This document shows positions 28,246-37,552 of a DNA stretch of 64,000 nt, in pieces; positions within the stretch are counted from its first letter, which is position 1; each line of letters begins with the position of its first letter. Position numbers and translations under genes: made by a program. The notes under the pieces are model-generated. The model searched no databases, was not told the DNA's origin, and saw only the letters and a list, made by a program, of their open reading frames with translations. This DNA is from a virus. The stretch covers positions 4,800 to 68,799 of the IMG/VR virus record IMGVR_UViG_3300046369_001149; one strand, written 5' to 3'.

Positions 28246-28938
28246 ATGGCAAATATCGGCAAATACTTGGCAGATGCGAGAGCAAATGCTAACGAAAATT
28301 TCTCCAATATGAGTGGTGGCTTCGTAGATGACACTAACTTTACGGGAGATGATTTTTTCGGTGCAAACGGGGGTGGTGTTTCAGCACCTACCTCACAACC
28401 TTATATTATCACAGTAACTTCAACAAGTGGTTCAGCAGTGAGCAACTTTGCAGTTCTTGGGTCGTATGAGTTTATTAATAACGCAGGTTTTACTGCGGGT
28501 GGTGATTTAGTAATTGGTTCAATTACTATTTCAAGTGGTATTAGTGGAGTAACTTATCGTGAAATGCTTTACCAATTTATGCAAAACCCTTATAGTGTTG
28601 GATTGACTTATTTACAGTCAGCTACCGCTAATCAGGTTTTGGAAACACTTGCTGTAAACACTCGTGATGCGAATGGAAATGAAGCACAAAAAACACTTGT
28701 GCCTACCATTGACCCGTATCAGCAACAATCAACAATTATCGCAATGCGATATGGATATAGAATCGATGGATTTACTAAAATTAAGATTTCTTCTGTTTTA
28801 GCAAATGCAACATTGAAACTATACTTCTACCCATCTGATAACATTAACCTTGCAAGAGGTTTAGCGGGTCGCCCCGTATCAGAAGCGTTTGGAAATCCAG
28901 GCATTGTAAAAGCCCAAACAATCAAATTGCAAGGGTAA
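28246..28938 (+). CDS. putative major capsid protein (single jelly-roll candidate)
   Basis: Beta-rich, low in Lys, codon usage suggesting high expression (ttc, atc, aac, cgt), own promoter and terminator, next to the packaging ATPase. Confidence 0.6.
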   Translation: MANIGKYLADARANANENFSNMSGGFVDDTNFTGDDFFGANGGGVSAPTSQPYIITVTSTSGSAVSNFAVLGSYEFINNAGFTAGGDLVIGSITISSGISGVTYREMLYQFMQNPYSVGLTYLQSATANQVLETLAVNTRDANGNEAQKTLVPTIDPYQQQSTIIAMRYGYRIDGFTKIKISSVLANATLKLYFYPSDNINLARGLAGRPVSEAFGNPGIVKAQTIKLQG

Positions 28939-28973
28939 TACGTTGTTGTGTAGATTGCTACACGGAAACTTTA

Positions 28974-29010
28974 AAGAAGGGGTGTGGCTTAATGCTTCTC
29001 CCCTTTTTTT
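28974..29010 (+). terminator. rho-independent terminator after capsid gene
   Basis: aagggg..gc-loop-gc..cccctt plus T-tract; extra gtgtag/ctacac hairpin at 28948-28963. Confidence 0.7.
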
Positions 29011-29033
29011 AATTTAAAATCAAAGAAAATATT

Positions 29034-29438
29034 ATGGCAACAGTATATGATTATATAGCCGAAAACAATCCTCAACAAGCAAAGCAACTTTGTGAATCAT
29101 TTGGGTACACTATTACGAACCCAAGACAAATGAGTGGCAACTTAAAAGTTTTGATAAACAATGAGGGTGAACACGCTTTAAAATCTCTTATGGATTTACA
29201 TCCCGACAAAGAAATTTTAATAGATTATTTCGGTACAAAAAACAAAAAAGAAGGTTGTGGATGCGGTTGTAAATCAAAAGCAACACCTACACCTTCCTAT
29301 GCACCACTTGAAGCATACTTAAATGCAAGTGGTAGGCAAGAATCCGATGCTAAAACATTAGCAACAAATACAAATACAATAATTTTTGCTTCTGCTTTAG
29401 TATTAGCGGTAGCAATCATATTTAAAAATGATAAATAA
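29034..29438 (+). CDS. virion membrane protein
   Basis: GCGCGC, YLNASG, C-terminal TM. Confidence 0.65.
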   Translation: MATVYDYIAENNPQQAKQLCESFGYTITNPRQMSGNLKVLINNEGEHALKSLMDLHPDKEILIDYFGTKNKKEGCGCGCKSKATPTPSYAPLEAYLNASGRQESDAKTLATNTNTIIFASALVLAVAIIFKNDK

Positions 29439-30250
29439 TGGGAGTAAGAAGTGATAATTTCAGCAAACTAATTGCTATGATAGTTGTAGAAGATAAGAGT
29501 GGTGTAGTTTCTTTTTTAAGAAGTCAAGGCATCAATGCAAGTGAATCTGCATCAAATTCAGCAATTATCCAAGCAATAGGAAGGGGTATGCAATCAGATA
29601 AATTCATTCAAGCATTTTCTCAATGGGCTAAAAGCAGATATGAACCTCAATCAAACTTTAACTATAAAGGTGCAAGTGGTGGTTTCGACCCAATGGCTAC
29701 ACAAGGCGGTGGAAGTTTTGATGCTATGAGTTCGCAAGATGGTACTAACCTTATGGAAGATAATTTTGCAAACGCAAGTGGATTCGACCCAATGGATAGT
29801 CAAAGTGGTGGATTTACCCCAATTTCAACGCAAGGTGGTGAGTACGCTAACCTTTTTGGGGGTGGTAAAAAAAGCTATACTGCATACGACCCAAATAAAG
29901 CGGGTACGGGTAGTGGTGTTGGTAACGCTTTAAGGGGTTTTGGTGATACGATAGGTAAATTAGGTGGTGTTGATGGAATACTTAACAAATACCTTGAAAT
30001 TCGTGGTCAAGACCAAGCAAGTTCTGATGCAAGGGCTTTAGCAAATGCAGAAGTAGAAGCAAAAAGATTAGAACTTGAAACTGCTTTAGCATTAGGAAAA
30101 TTAAAGCAAGATGAATATGATAGGCAAATGAGCAACATTAACAATGTTGGACAAGGTGGCGGTGGAAACACAGTTCTGTATATTGTTTTAGGTGTTGTCC
30201 TTTTAGGTGCTATTGGTACGACAATTTATTTTGCAACTCGTAAAAAATAA
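29438..30250 (+). CDS. Gly-rich virion membrane protein
   Basis: FDPMxSQ repeats, FANASG and YANLFG motifs, C-terminal TM. Confidence 0.65.
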   Translation: MGVRSDNFSKLIAMIVVEDKSGVVSFLRSQGINASESASNSAIIQAIGRGMQSDKFIQAFSQWAKSRYEPQSNFNYKGASGGFDPMATQGGGSFDAMSSQDGTNLMEDNFANASGFDPMDSQSGGFTPISTQGGEYANLFGGGKKSYTAYDPNKAGTGSGVGNALRGFGDTIGKLGGVDGILNKYLEIRGQDQASSDARALANAEVEAKRLELETALALGKLKQDEYDRQMSNINNVGQGGGGNTVLYIVLGVVLLGAIGTTIYFATRKK

Positions 30251-30253
30251 AGT

Positions 30254-30403
30254 TTGGAAGAAGGTGTAATATTCGATGATGTATTACGAGAAGAAGCAGA
30301 TAAAGAGAGTAGATTTAAAACGTCAGATTTAAAATATTATCTTTTAACTTTTGCTTTTATCGGATTTGGTGCTATCATCTTTTATAAATATTCAAAAAAA
30401 TGA
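30254..30403 (+). CDS. 49-aa membrane protein (TTG start)
   Basis: ...YYLLTFAFIGFGAIIFYKYSKK fills the gap. Confidence 0.45.
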   Translation: MEEGVIFDDVLREEADKESRFKTSDLKYYLLTFAFIGFGAIIFYKYSKK

Positions 30404-30627
30404 ATGGTACTCAAATAATAGAAAATAACCAAAAACTTATAAATGGCGACCATAAAAAAAGGTTGTTAAGTAAAACTAAAGGTACTGTTCAAGGTGCTTT
30501 TACGGGTTTAGTCGGTGGTGTTATGTATGGATATTTTAAAGATAAGAACATATATACTACGGGCTTTATTGGTTTATTGATAGGTGGTACTGTTTCAGCA
30601 ATTTTAGTTGGCAATTTTTCAAAGTAA
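30400..30627 (+). CDS. glycine-zipper membrane protein
   Basis: GAFTGLVGG...GFIGLLIGG, two TMs. Confidence 0.65.
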   Translation: MNGTQIIENNQKLINGDHKKRLLSKTKGTVQGAFTGLVGGVMYGYFKDKNIYTTGFIGLLIGGTVSAILVGNFSK

Positions 30628-30631
30628 CAGT

Positions 30632-30817
30632 ATGTTAATAAACAGATTAAGAGATAAAGCAGAGCAAAAAAGGAAAGAAATAGCTATAAAAAAAGAACAA
30701 CAATTAGCTACCGAAAAAGCTATGCAAGAAGCAGAAAAAAGGAAAATATACACAATAGCGGGTGTATTTGCAGTTTTAGGAGTGGCGATAGTTTTATATA
30801 AAACAAGAAAAAAATGA
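30632..30817 (+). CDS. small C-anchored membrane protein
   Basis: Charged helix, TM, KK tail. Confidence 0.6.
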   Translation: MLINRLRDKAEQKRKEIAIKKEQQLATEKAMQEAEKRKIYTIAGVFAVLGVAIVLYKTRKK

Positions 30818-30963
30818 GTTGGTATAACCATCCAAAAGATACGAGAAATTTGATTATTGGTGTAGTAGCATCATTATTTGGAGTAATTGTATGGGAAATA
30901 ATAAAAGAAAAAAAACTGTGGGGTAGAAATACTTTACAACAAGATTTAGAAAATAAAATATAA
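30814..30963 (+). CDS. 49-aa membrane protein
   Basis: MSWYNHPKDTRNLIIGVVASLFGVIVWEIIK..., ATGA overlap. Confidence 0.55.
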   Translation: MSWYNHPKDTRNLIIGVVASLFGVIVWEIIKEKKLWGRNTLQQDLENKI

Positions 30964-30967
30964 TAAA

Positions 30968-32020
30968 ATGAAAAATAAAACTTTAATTTATGGTGTTATA
31001 GGTGTACTTGCATATTTTGGATATAAAAAATATAGCGAAAAAACACCCGCTTTAGGTACGTCAAATAAAACTACTGATGATTTAAAAGAACGTATTAAAA
31101 TGTTAGAAAATACTGCAAAATCATTAGAAGGAAAGTCAAAAGCTGAACTTTCTAAACTTGAAAAAGAATTTGAAGCAAAGTCAAAAGCTGAACTTTCTAA
31201 ACTTCAAAAAGAAATTGACAGACGAGAAGCGGAAAAGCAAAAACGTCTTGCAGAAATAGAAAGATTAAAAGGTTCTAAAACTGCTGATGACATTTTGAGG
31301 AAACAAAATGATGATTTGCAACGTAAACTTGCAGAATTACAAAGGCAAATGGGAATAAAAGATGCTGAAAATAAAAGGATTTTATCTAAAAAAGAAAAAG
31401 AGTTGTTAGACCAAATTGCTAAATTAAAAGCATCAATAACAACAAAACAAGATTTAATTGATACCATAAATGCTAAAAGAAATGCAAATGTTGAAATGGA
31501 AAAATTAAAAACTCTTGAAGATTTTATTGGCAATAGTCAAGAAACTATTGACAGATTGACTAAAACTCTTGATGGTATTGACACTTCAACTAAAGCGGGT
31601 CAAGAAAGAGCAAAAGTATATATTGACCTTATCAAAAAGGCAGAAGCACTAAAACTTAAAAAAACTACAAGTAAATCAACTATAATTGAATTAGGTTTGG
31701 GTAGAACGGGCTATCAACAATTATTACCACCCGCTAATTGGACTTTAAATGATTTATTAGATGATTCTAAACATATAGTTATTAAAGATAGATTTAAAGA
31801 TGACCGATTTTACGAGTTTTATCCAACAGATGCAAATGTAGAATTTAAAAGAAAAGGAAATTGGACTTCTAATATTATATTTAATGGAGAGAAAAAATTA
31901 GCTAATGTATTTTCGCCATCATTAGAAAAATCTATTTTATCAGTTGTGGCTCGAAACCCAAAAAGATATGAAGTTTTAGTTGGGGGTAAAAGTTTAGATG
32001 CTCAACCAATAGCAGTTTAA
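30968..32020 (+). CDS. N-anchored long coiled-coil protein
   Basis: TM LIYGVIGVLAYFGYKKY, then about 200 aa of heptads. Confidence 0.7.
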   Translation: MKNKTLIYGVIGVLAYFGYKKYSEKTPALGTSNKTTDDLKERIKMLENTAKSLEGKSKAELSKLEKEFEAKSKAELSKLQKEIDRREAEKQKRLAEIERLKGSKTADDILRKQNDDLQRKLAELQRQMGIKDAENKRILSKKEKELLDQIAKLKASITTKQDLIDTINAKRNANVEMEKLKTLEDFIGNSQETIDRLTKTLDGIDTSTKAGQERAKVYIDLIKKAEALKLKKTTSKSTIIELGLGRTGYQQLLPPANWTLNDLLDDSKHIVIKDRFKDDRFYEFYPTDANVEFKRKGNWTSNIIFNGEKKLANVFSPSLEKSILSVVARNPKRYEVLVGGKSLDAQPIAV

Positions 32021-32046
32021 TTTATTTTAATTTTAATTTAAAAATA

Positions 32047-32163
32047 ATGGCAGTCAAAAAAGCAAAAAAAAGAGGTGGTTCAAAAACTTGTCAAAAGGTT
32101 AGTAGCTACAAAAGAAAAGGTAAAAAAGTTTCTTCATACGGAAGAAAACGTAAAGGGAAATAG
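32047..32163 (+). CDS. 38-aa highly basic protein (putative DNA-condensing)
   Basis: MAVKKAKKRGGSKTCQKVSSYKRKGKKVSSYGRKRKGK. Confidence 0.6.
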   Translation: MAVKKAKKRGGSKTCQKVSSYKRKGKKVSSYGRKRKGK

Positions 32164-32180
32164 CATTAAAATAAGAAGAT

Positions 32181-32315
32181 ATGGCAAAGAAAATGAACGC
32201 ATATATGAAAGCACTACAAAAAGCCCGTAAAAGCGGTGCAAGTAGCTTTAGTTACAATGGTAAAACATATAAAAAGGCAAAAACAAAAACGGGAATGGTA
32301 ATTTATAAATCATAA
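32181..32315 (+). CDS. 44-aa basic protein
   Basis: MAKKMNAYMKALQKARKSGASSFSYNGKTYKKAKTKTGMVIYKS. Confidence 0.6.
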   Translation: MAKKMNAYMKALQKARKSGASSFSYNGKTYKKAKTKTGMVIYKS

Positions 32316-32321
32316 ATAATT

Positions 32322-32420
32322 ATGGAAAAATACACATCAATATTTAAAGAAAAGAATTATTATATAGGTATAGCAGTAGGAATCGCAAGTGTTCTTCTAT
32401 ATCAAAAATATATTAAATAA
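32322..32420 (+). CDS. 32-aa membrane peptide
   Basis: MEKYTSIFKEKNYYIGIAVGIASVLLYQKYIK. Confidence 0.45.
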   Translation: MEKYTSIFKEKNYYIGIAVGIASVLLYQKYIK

Positions 32421-32421
32421 T

Positions 32422-32571
32422 ATGAAAGGTAAGTTGATTTATTATAGTATAATCGTATTGGGAATAGGTGCTATTTCTTATATGTACTATTTGTCTGATT
32501 TAGGCGGTAAAAAAACATTTTCCGAAGATTTAGATGAAGCTATAAAAACTAATGAAATAAAAGTTCGGTAA
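32422..32571 (+). CDS. small N-anchored membrane protein
   Basis: MKGKLIYYSIIVLGIGAISYMYYL; start reassigned. Confidence 0.55.
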   Translation: MKGKLIYYSIIVLGIGAISYMYYLSDLGGKKTFSEDLDEAIKTNEIKVR

Positions 32572-33134
32572 TGAGTAATAATTTAGGTTCATCAGTAGGA
32601 GTTTGGAATGAAAATCAAATTGCAAGTTTAGAAACGGGTTTTTCAAATGTAAGTGGATTTTTTGATAGCAGTTATCTTCGTGGTAATCCAAGAGCAGTAA
32701 GGTCTAAATTGGGTTATTCTGAATTTAACAAAAGAAAAAACCTTTATTTAAAGTTTACCCGTGAAATGGGATTAAATTCAGCCCAATTAAACGAATTTTG
32801 GTCAAAATGGTTGATTAAAGGAAATAGTAAATCTGATGGTTTTGAACAATTTGTGAAAGAACAATTATTAATTCAACAAGCTAAAGAAAGAGAAGAAGCC
32901 GAACTACTTGCAAGATTAAAAGAGGAAGAAAAGAAAAAAGCTATTAGTGATTCTAACTTGTTTCCACCTGATGAAACAGAACTAAATCCAATAGACCCAC
33001 TAACTGATGACGAATTAAAAAGTAATTATAATACAAAACCTATTGTTACACCTAAAAAAAGTAATTTACTAATATATGGTGTTATAGGTGTAGTTGCTTT
33101 AGTGGGAATTATAATTTTAATAAAAAGAAAATAA
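32571..33134 (+). CDS. C-anchored membrane protein
   Basis: FSNVSG motif, C-terminal TM; related to 33136. Confidence 0.65.
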   Translation: MSNNLGSSVGVWNENQIASLETGFSNVSGFFDSSYLRGNPRAVRSKLGYSEFNKRKNLYLKFTREMGLNSAQLNEFWSKWLIKGNSKSDGFEQFVKEQLLIQQAKEREEAELLARLKEEEKKKAISDSNLFPPDETELNPIDPLTDDELKSNYNTKPIVTPKKSNLLIYGVIGVVALVGIIILIKRK

Positions 33135-33135
33135 T

Positions 33136-33630
33136 ATGAATACAACAAGCCCAAATGAAGATTTATTTGCTGACTTTTATCAAGTTGGTGGTTATAGCAA
33201 TTTAGCGGGTGGTACTGCAAGTTTAATGGCGGGTAGAGGTAAAGGTGGTGGTGGCGGTCTTTTTACGCAACGTGCTGAAATGGGTAGAAACTCAAAAAGT
33301 TTTGTAGCTATCGCTTATAGACAATTTACAAGGGTTTACGATGAGATAAAACAAGATTTTGACTTGTCAGATGTAGAAATAAATGAGTTATATGGTAAAT
33401 ACAGAAATCAAGGTGGTAGTAAATTAAGTGGTTTTAAACAATTTATATCTGATGTGGAATCGAGCAAAAGCAAATTACAAGAACAAATTATAAACGATGT
33501 TTCTACCCCACAAGTAGAACCTCAACTTGAAACACCAATGCCACCAAAAAAATCTAATATAAACTATTTATATATAGGTTTGGGTGCGATAGTATTAGTC
33601 GGTGCGACAGTATTAATAGTAAAAAAATAG
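33136..33630 (+). CDS. C-anchored membrane protein
   Basis: YSNLAG motif, PKKSN plus TM tail as in 32571. Confidence 0.65.
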   Translation: MNTTSPNEDLFADFYQVGGYSNLAGGTASLMAGRGKGGGGGLFTQRAEMGRNSKSFVAIAYRQFTRVYDEIKQDFDLSDVEINELYGKYRNQGGSKLSGFKQFISDVESSKSKLQEQIINDVSTPQVEPQLETPMPPKKSNINYLYIGLGAIVLVGATVLIVKK

Positions 33631-33650
33631 AAACTAAATACACAAAAAAA

Positions 33651-33923
33651 ATGACTGCAAATCAAATGTATAAAAATAGCGGTTCAACTTTAACTTTTAC
33701 AGAATGGTTAAATCGTGAAAAACAAAAAGGTGTTGTTATACCACAACAAGGAGTAACAGATAAAATTGACGATGAACTTCAAAAACAATTAGATGGTGAA
33801 GAAGTAAACTTTATAAAAAGTGGAGAAAAAACAGTATTAGGATTAAATAAAACTGTCCTCGTTTTTTCTGTGCTAATTGTATTGGGTGCGGTTGGTTATA
33901 CTATATATAGAAAAAGAAAATGA
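33651..33923 (+). CDS. C-anchored membrane protein
   Basis: F.EWL motif, C-terminal TM, RKRK. Confidence 0.65.
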   Translation: MTANQMYKNSGSTLTFTEWLNREKQKGVVIPQQGVTDKIDDELQKQLDGEEVNFIKSGEKTVLGLNKTVLVFSVLIVLGAVGYTIYRKRK

Positions 33924-34690
33924 ATTTAAAAGTAAATAGTAGATATGAACAAATGACACTTGCTATAAATGTTATTTGTGCAAGACCAACAAAAGTTCGT
34001 CTTAAAATAATTGATGCTGAAAAACCTTTAACTTGTTTCACTAACAGATATAAAACAGTAAGTCAAGGTTTTAAATTTTATGCTCGATTACCCCTAACAC
34101 CAAAAACGCTAATAGTTAGTGTTTATTGTGATGATACGGGTCAAAACAATAACCAAATAAAAATTATAAATATTGAAAAATTTGGTTTAGAAAAACGAAT
34201 GGATGAAGTAGATATAAAAAGTTATAGCGTAATGAGTTTTGTAGATTTTGCACAAAAGTTTTCTTTTAACGCATCTTATTTACAACCACAAAACTATATA
34301 AGTCAAGCGTGTAACTACAAAATAGAATATCTACCAAGTATTATAGGACAAAATGGTAAAGAGGTAAAAACTCCCGCAAGAATAAGTAAAACAAATGGGA
34401 GAATACAAGTATCTAAAAAACATTTTGAAAAATATACTGTTCCAATGAGAATGGCAATTCTTTTACACGAATTTGCTCATTTTTATTTGAATAAAAATAT
34501 AGATGATGAAACAGAAGCAGATTTGAATGGGCTTCTAATCTATTTGGGTTTAGGTTATCCAAGAATAGAGGGTTATGAAGCGTTTTTACAAGTTTTCGAG
34601 GGTTCACCAACTCCCGAAAATAAAAAGCGATATGACGTGATTAATGAGTTTATTCAAAACTTTGAAAAGAAAAAATTTGTAATGTATTAG
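33920..34690 (+). CDS. zincin-like metalloprotease
   Basis: ILLHEFAH followed by ETEAD (third zinc ligand), M48/ImmA-like spacing. Confidence 0.7.
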   Translation: MNLKVNSRYEQMTLAINVICARPTKVRLKIIDAEKPLTCFTNRYKTVSQGFKFYARLPLTPKTLIVSVYCDDTGQNNNQIKIINIEKFGLEKRMDEVDIKSYSVMSFVDFAQKFSFNASYLQPQNYISQACNYKIEYLPSIIGQNGKEVKTPARISKTNGRIQVSKKHFEKYTVPMRMAILLHEFAHFYLNKNIDDETEADLNGLLIYLGLGYPRIEGYEAFLQVFEGSPTPENKKRYDVINEFIQNFEKKKFVMY

Positions 34691-34691
34691 T

Positions 34692-35126
34692 ATGTCAAAA
34701 GAATTAATAAGAAAAATACCTAAAAGAACCGAATCCGATGTTGTTTGGATTGCTTGGTACGATGCTTTGAGAAATCAATTTGGTAGGAAAAAAGCAAATG
34801 CTTTATTTTCTGCTAATTGGGATGCACAAGGTGGTAGTAGTTCAGATGCTAACACTCGTGATTTAAGAGAGCATTTAAAAAAAGAGGGTAAACTCGAAAT
34901 TAGTGGTGGTTTTACGGGAGAAGTGAAAGATAAAATATTTGATGTAGGTAATTGGATTGGAGATTCATTGGTTGTTGGCAAATATGTTGGATATGCTTTA
35001 GGTGTTATTGTTATAGGTGGTATTGGTTTGTTTATTTATAATCTTGCTAAAGACCCCGAAAAAGCGGTTAGAATAGGTACTGCAATAGCAACAAAAGGTA
35101 AATCAGAAGCAATACCAAAAAAATAA
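34692..35126 (+). CDS. membrane protein
   Basis: TM GYALGVIVIGGIGLFIY. Confidence 0.65.
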   Translation: MSKELIRKIPKRTESDVVWIAWYDALRNQFGRKKANALFSANWDAQGGSSSDANTRDLREHLKKEGKLEISGGFTGEVKDKIFDVGNWIGDSLVVGKYVGYALGVIVIGGIGLFIYNLAKDPEKAVRIGTAIATKGKSEAIPKK

Positions 35127-35129
35127 AAT

Positions 35130-35591
35130 ATGACAAGAAAGAACAAAATAATTTTTTATGGTGGTATTTCACTTTTAACTGTAAGTTATATTATATATAA
35201 TAGGTGGTCAAAATCTATATTTTATGATGAAATACTTAAAAGAATAGGTGGGAACTCTATTAATTTTAATGAACTTAAAGTTTGGAATCCTTCTTTTTTA
35301 ATTTCTATTAAAAGTGAAAACAAACCTTATATCGAGTTGCAACAATCAGCAGTAAAAGAAAAAGCCGAAGAATTAGACGATGCGATGAGTGGTAGTGGTA
35401 CTGATGAAGAACAAATAATTTCTGTTTTTAATTCAATAAATTCAAAAGTTGAGGTTGCACAATTAAATTCATTTTATAACGCAAAATATAAAAGTGTTTT
35501 AAAAAATGACTTACAATCAGAATTAAGTAAAAAGTGGTTAAGCAAAATCACTCAAATAATTTCATTAAAACCCGATGTAATTTATATATAA
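35130..35591 (+). CDS. N-anchored protein with an annexin-like repeat
   Basis: AEELDDAMSGSGTDEEQIISVF...YNAKY...LKNDLQSELS matches the annexin repeat consensus. Confidence 0.7.
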   Translation: MTRKNKIIFYGGISLLTVSYIIYNRWSKSIFYDEILKRIGGNSINFNELKVWNPSFLISIKSENKPYIELQQSAVKEKAEELDDAMSGSGTDEEQIISVFNSINSKVEVAQLNSFYNAKYKSVLKNDLQSELSKKWLSKITQIISLKPDVIYI

Positions 35592-35594
35592 GCT

Positions 35595-36122
35595 ATGAAT
35601 CAAAAAACATTATACATAATTGGCGGAAGCGTTGTAGGGCTAACATTGTCTTATTTTACTTTTAAGATTGTTAGAGCATATCGTAACAAAAAACTTGCAA
35701 CTGAAAACGAAATTAATGTTGATACTACTCAAACGGGTGGTAATATAGGTAGTGGACAACAAAGTTCGCAAGGGGCAAAACCATCGAATGATAGTTTTAA
35801 TTTAAAACTTGGGTCTTATGGATATAAAGTTACAATACTTCAATCAGCATTAAATAAATTAGGTGCATCTCTTGATGTGGATGGTAAATACGGACAAAAA
35901 ACTCAATTAGCTATTACTGAATTTAGTGGACTTCCTTTTTACGAATGGAATAAATCGTGTGATTGGCTTGGTGGGTGTTCTATTTCTCAAAGCAACTATA
36001 ATGATATATTGTCTAATGCTACACAAGAAGGTTGGAATGAAAGTGAAGCAAAAGTATTAGCCAGTAAAGATTGGAAAGAATTTAGTGGAAACGTAACAAC
36101 ATTTAGCAATTTAACAATTTAA
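35595..36122 (+). CDS. N-anchored peptidoglycan-binding (PG_binding_1) protein
   Basis: LKLGSYGYKVTILQSALN...VDGKYGQKTQLAI. Confidence 0.8.
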   Translation: MNQKTLYIIGGSVVGLTLSYFTFKIVRAYRNKKLATENEINVDTTQTGGNIGSGQQSSQGAKPSNDSFNLKLGSYGYKVTILQSALNKLGASLDVDGKYGQKTQLAITEFSGLPFYEWNKSCDWLGGCSISQSNYNDILSNATQEGWNESEAKVLASKDWKEFSGNVTTFSNLTI

Positions 36123-36475
36123 TGTCAAAGCCATATTTTAATATAAACCACTATCCAAACACTTCAAAGTGTCAAACTCTTGATGCTCAAATAAGTGATT
36201 TAAGGGATAAATATGACCTTGTGCAAAGAAAGTTAATGTGGGGAAACCCTAAAACAGTACAAGATGTTTTGATGAGAAAAGAAATTCAGTTTGCTAAATT
36301 AGATTGTTCACAAAAATTAGAAGATACGAGTGTTTATGGTACAGTAGATACTGTTACAGATAAATTTAAAGATGCAGAGGAACGAATTTTAGGGGAATTG
36401 AATAAAAAAAGAGCAACGATGCTTATTGGTGGTGGAGTTGTATTACTAATCGCTTTGGCAATATTTATAAAGTAG
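36122..36475 (+). CDS. C-anchored membrane protein
   Basis: Two-Cys helical domain, C-terminal TM. Confidence 0.6.
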   Translation: MSKPYFNINHYPNTSKCQTLDAQISDLRDKYDLVQRKLMWGNPKTVQDVLMRKEIQFAKLDCSQKLEDTSVYGTVDTVTDKFKDAEERILGELNKKRATMLIGGGVVLLIALAIFIK

Positions 36476-36477
36476 TT

Positions 36478-36966
36478 ATGGGATTATTTGGTGCTTGTTG
36501 GAAAAGTAGTAGTTCTTGTGAAAGAGATAGGTATAATAAACTTCTTAATGAAAAGAGAAGGGAATTTCCTAAAGTTACTTACGATTTAAATTCTTGGAAA
36601 AAGGTTAATCCTACTGTAAAGCTAACTAAATGTAAATCTTTAGGTTCTAATGTGAAAACATTACGACTTTTAAAAGAAGGAAAAGTTAAAGATAGTGCAA
36701 GAAATGATGGAGATAGAGTAGATGAAAGAGGAAAAAAAGTTTATACTGATTTATACAATGAATACTATGGTGTTTATAGCCGAAGATTTTGTGATGCAAT
36801 TTTAGACAATGCAAAAGCAAATGAAGATAAATTAAAGATAATGCAAGAAGCCGATGAGGTTGCAAAACGAACTGAAAAGTTTGTTGAAACTCAAAGGACA
36901 TTAATAATAGCAGTAGGTGGAGTTGTTTTACTTATAGGAACTGTTTTAATTTTAAGAAAACTATGA
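36478..36966 (+). CDS. C-anchored membrane protein
   Basis: Cys pattern like 36122; GGVVLLIG tail. Confidence 0.6.
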   Translation: MGLFGACWKSSSSCERDRYNKLLNEKRREFPKVTYDLNSWKKVNPTVKLTKCKSLGSNVKTLRLLKEGKVKDSARNDGDRVDERGKKVYTDLYNEYYGVYSRRFCDAILDNAKANEDKLKIMQEADEVAKRTEKFVETQRTLIIAVGGVVLLIGTVLILRKL

Positions 36967-37232
36967 CAAATTTAATTGAAGATGTTGGTTTTACAAATCC
37001 AAACAGTAACCCTAAATGGAATAATGTAGTTCGTGAAAACGATGGTATTTATTTTGGGCAACTTGACCCTTATTGGAAAAAAAATTTAGACGATGCTTTA
37101 GACGACCAAAATAAAATAATAGTTGATTTAGAGGATAATTCAAGAAGAATAAACTTACCAAAACAAGCATTGGTTTTTGGCGGTGGGTTATTGGCGATTT
37201 TAACTGTTTTAATAATTATAAAATACAAATAA
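36963..37232 (+). CDS. C-anchored membrane protein
   Basis: C-terminal TM. Confidence 0.6.
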   Translation: MTNLIEDVGFTNPNSNPKWNNVVRENDGIYFGQLDPYWKKNLDDALDDQNKIIVDLEDNSRRINLPKQALVFGGGLLAILTVLIIIKYK

Positions 37233-37552
37233 TGGGGTGTAATTGTGGTAATTTTAGCAACGCTTGTGGTTGCGGTGGACATATCGGGGCTGATGGTACT
37301 TATACAGAGGTTCAAAATGTTAAGCAAATTGGAACTGACATTTTAGATACAGTAAAAGAAGGTGCTTATGATATTTTTGATGTTGTAAAAGGTACGGGGC
37401 AGTTTGTTATTGATGAAACTAAAGAAGGGATTGGTGAAATTAAAGAACAAAGTCAAAAATTAGATGAAAAAGATAGATTAATTAAAAGTATTCCTAATTC
37501 ATATTTGGTTTTAGGTGCGGTTGGCTTAATTATTTATTCAATGTTGAAATAA
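37232..37552 (+). CDS. C-anchored membrane protein with Cys-rich N-terminus
   Basis: MGCNCGNFSNACGCGG; C-terminal TM. Confidence 0.6.
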   Translation: MGCNCGNFSNACGCGGHIGADGTYTEVQNVKQIGTDILDTVKEGAYDIFDVVKGTGQFVIDETKEGIGEIKEQSQKLDEKDRLIKSIPNSYLVLGAVGLIIYSMLK

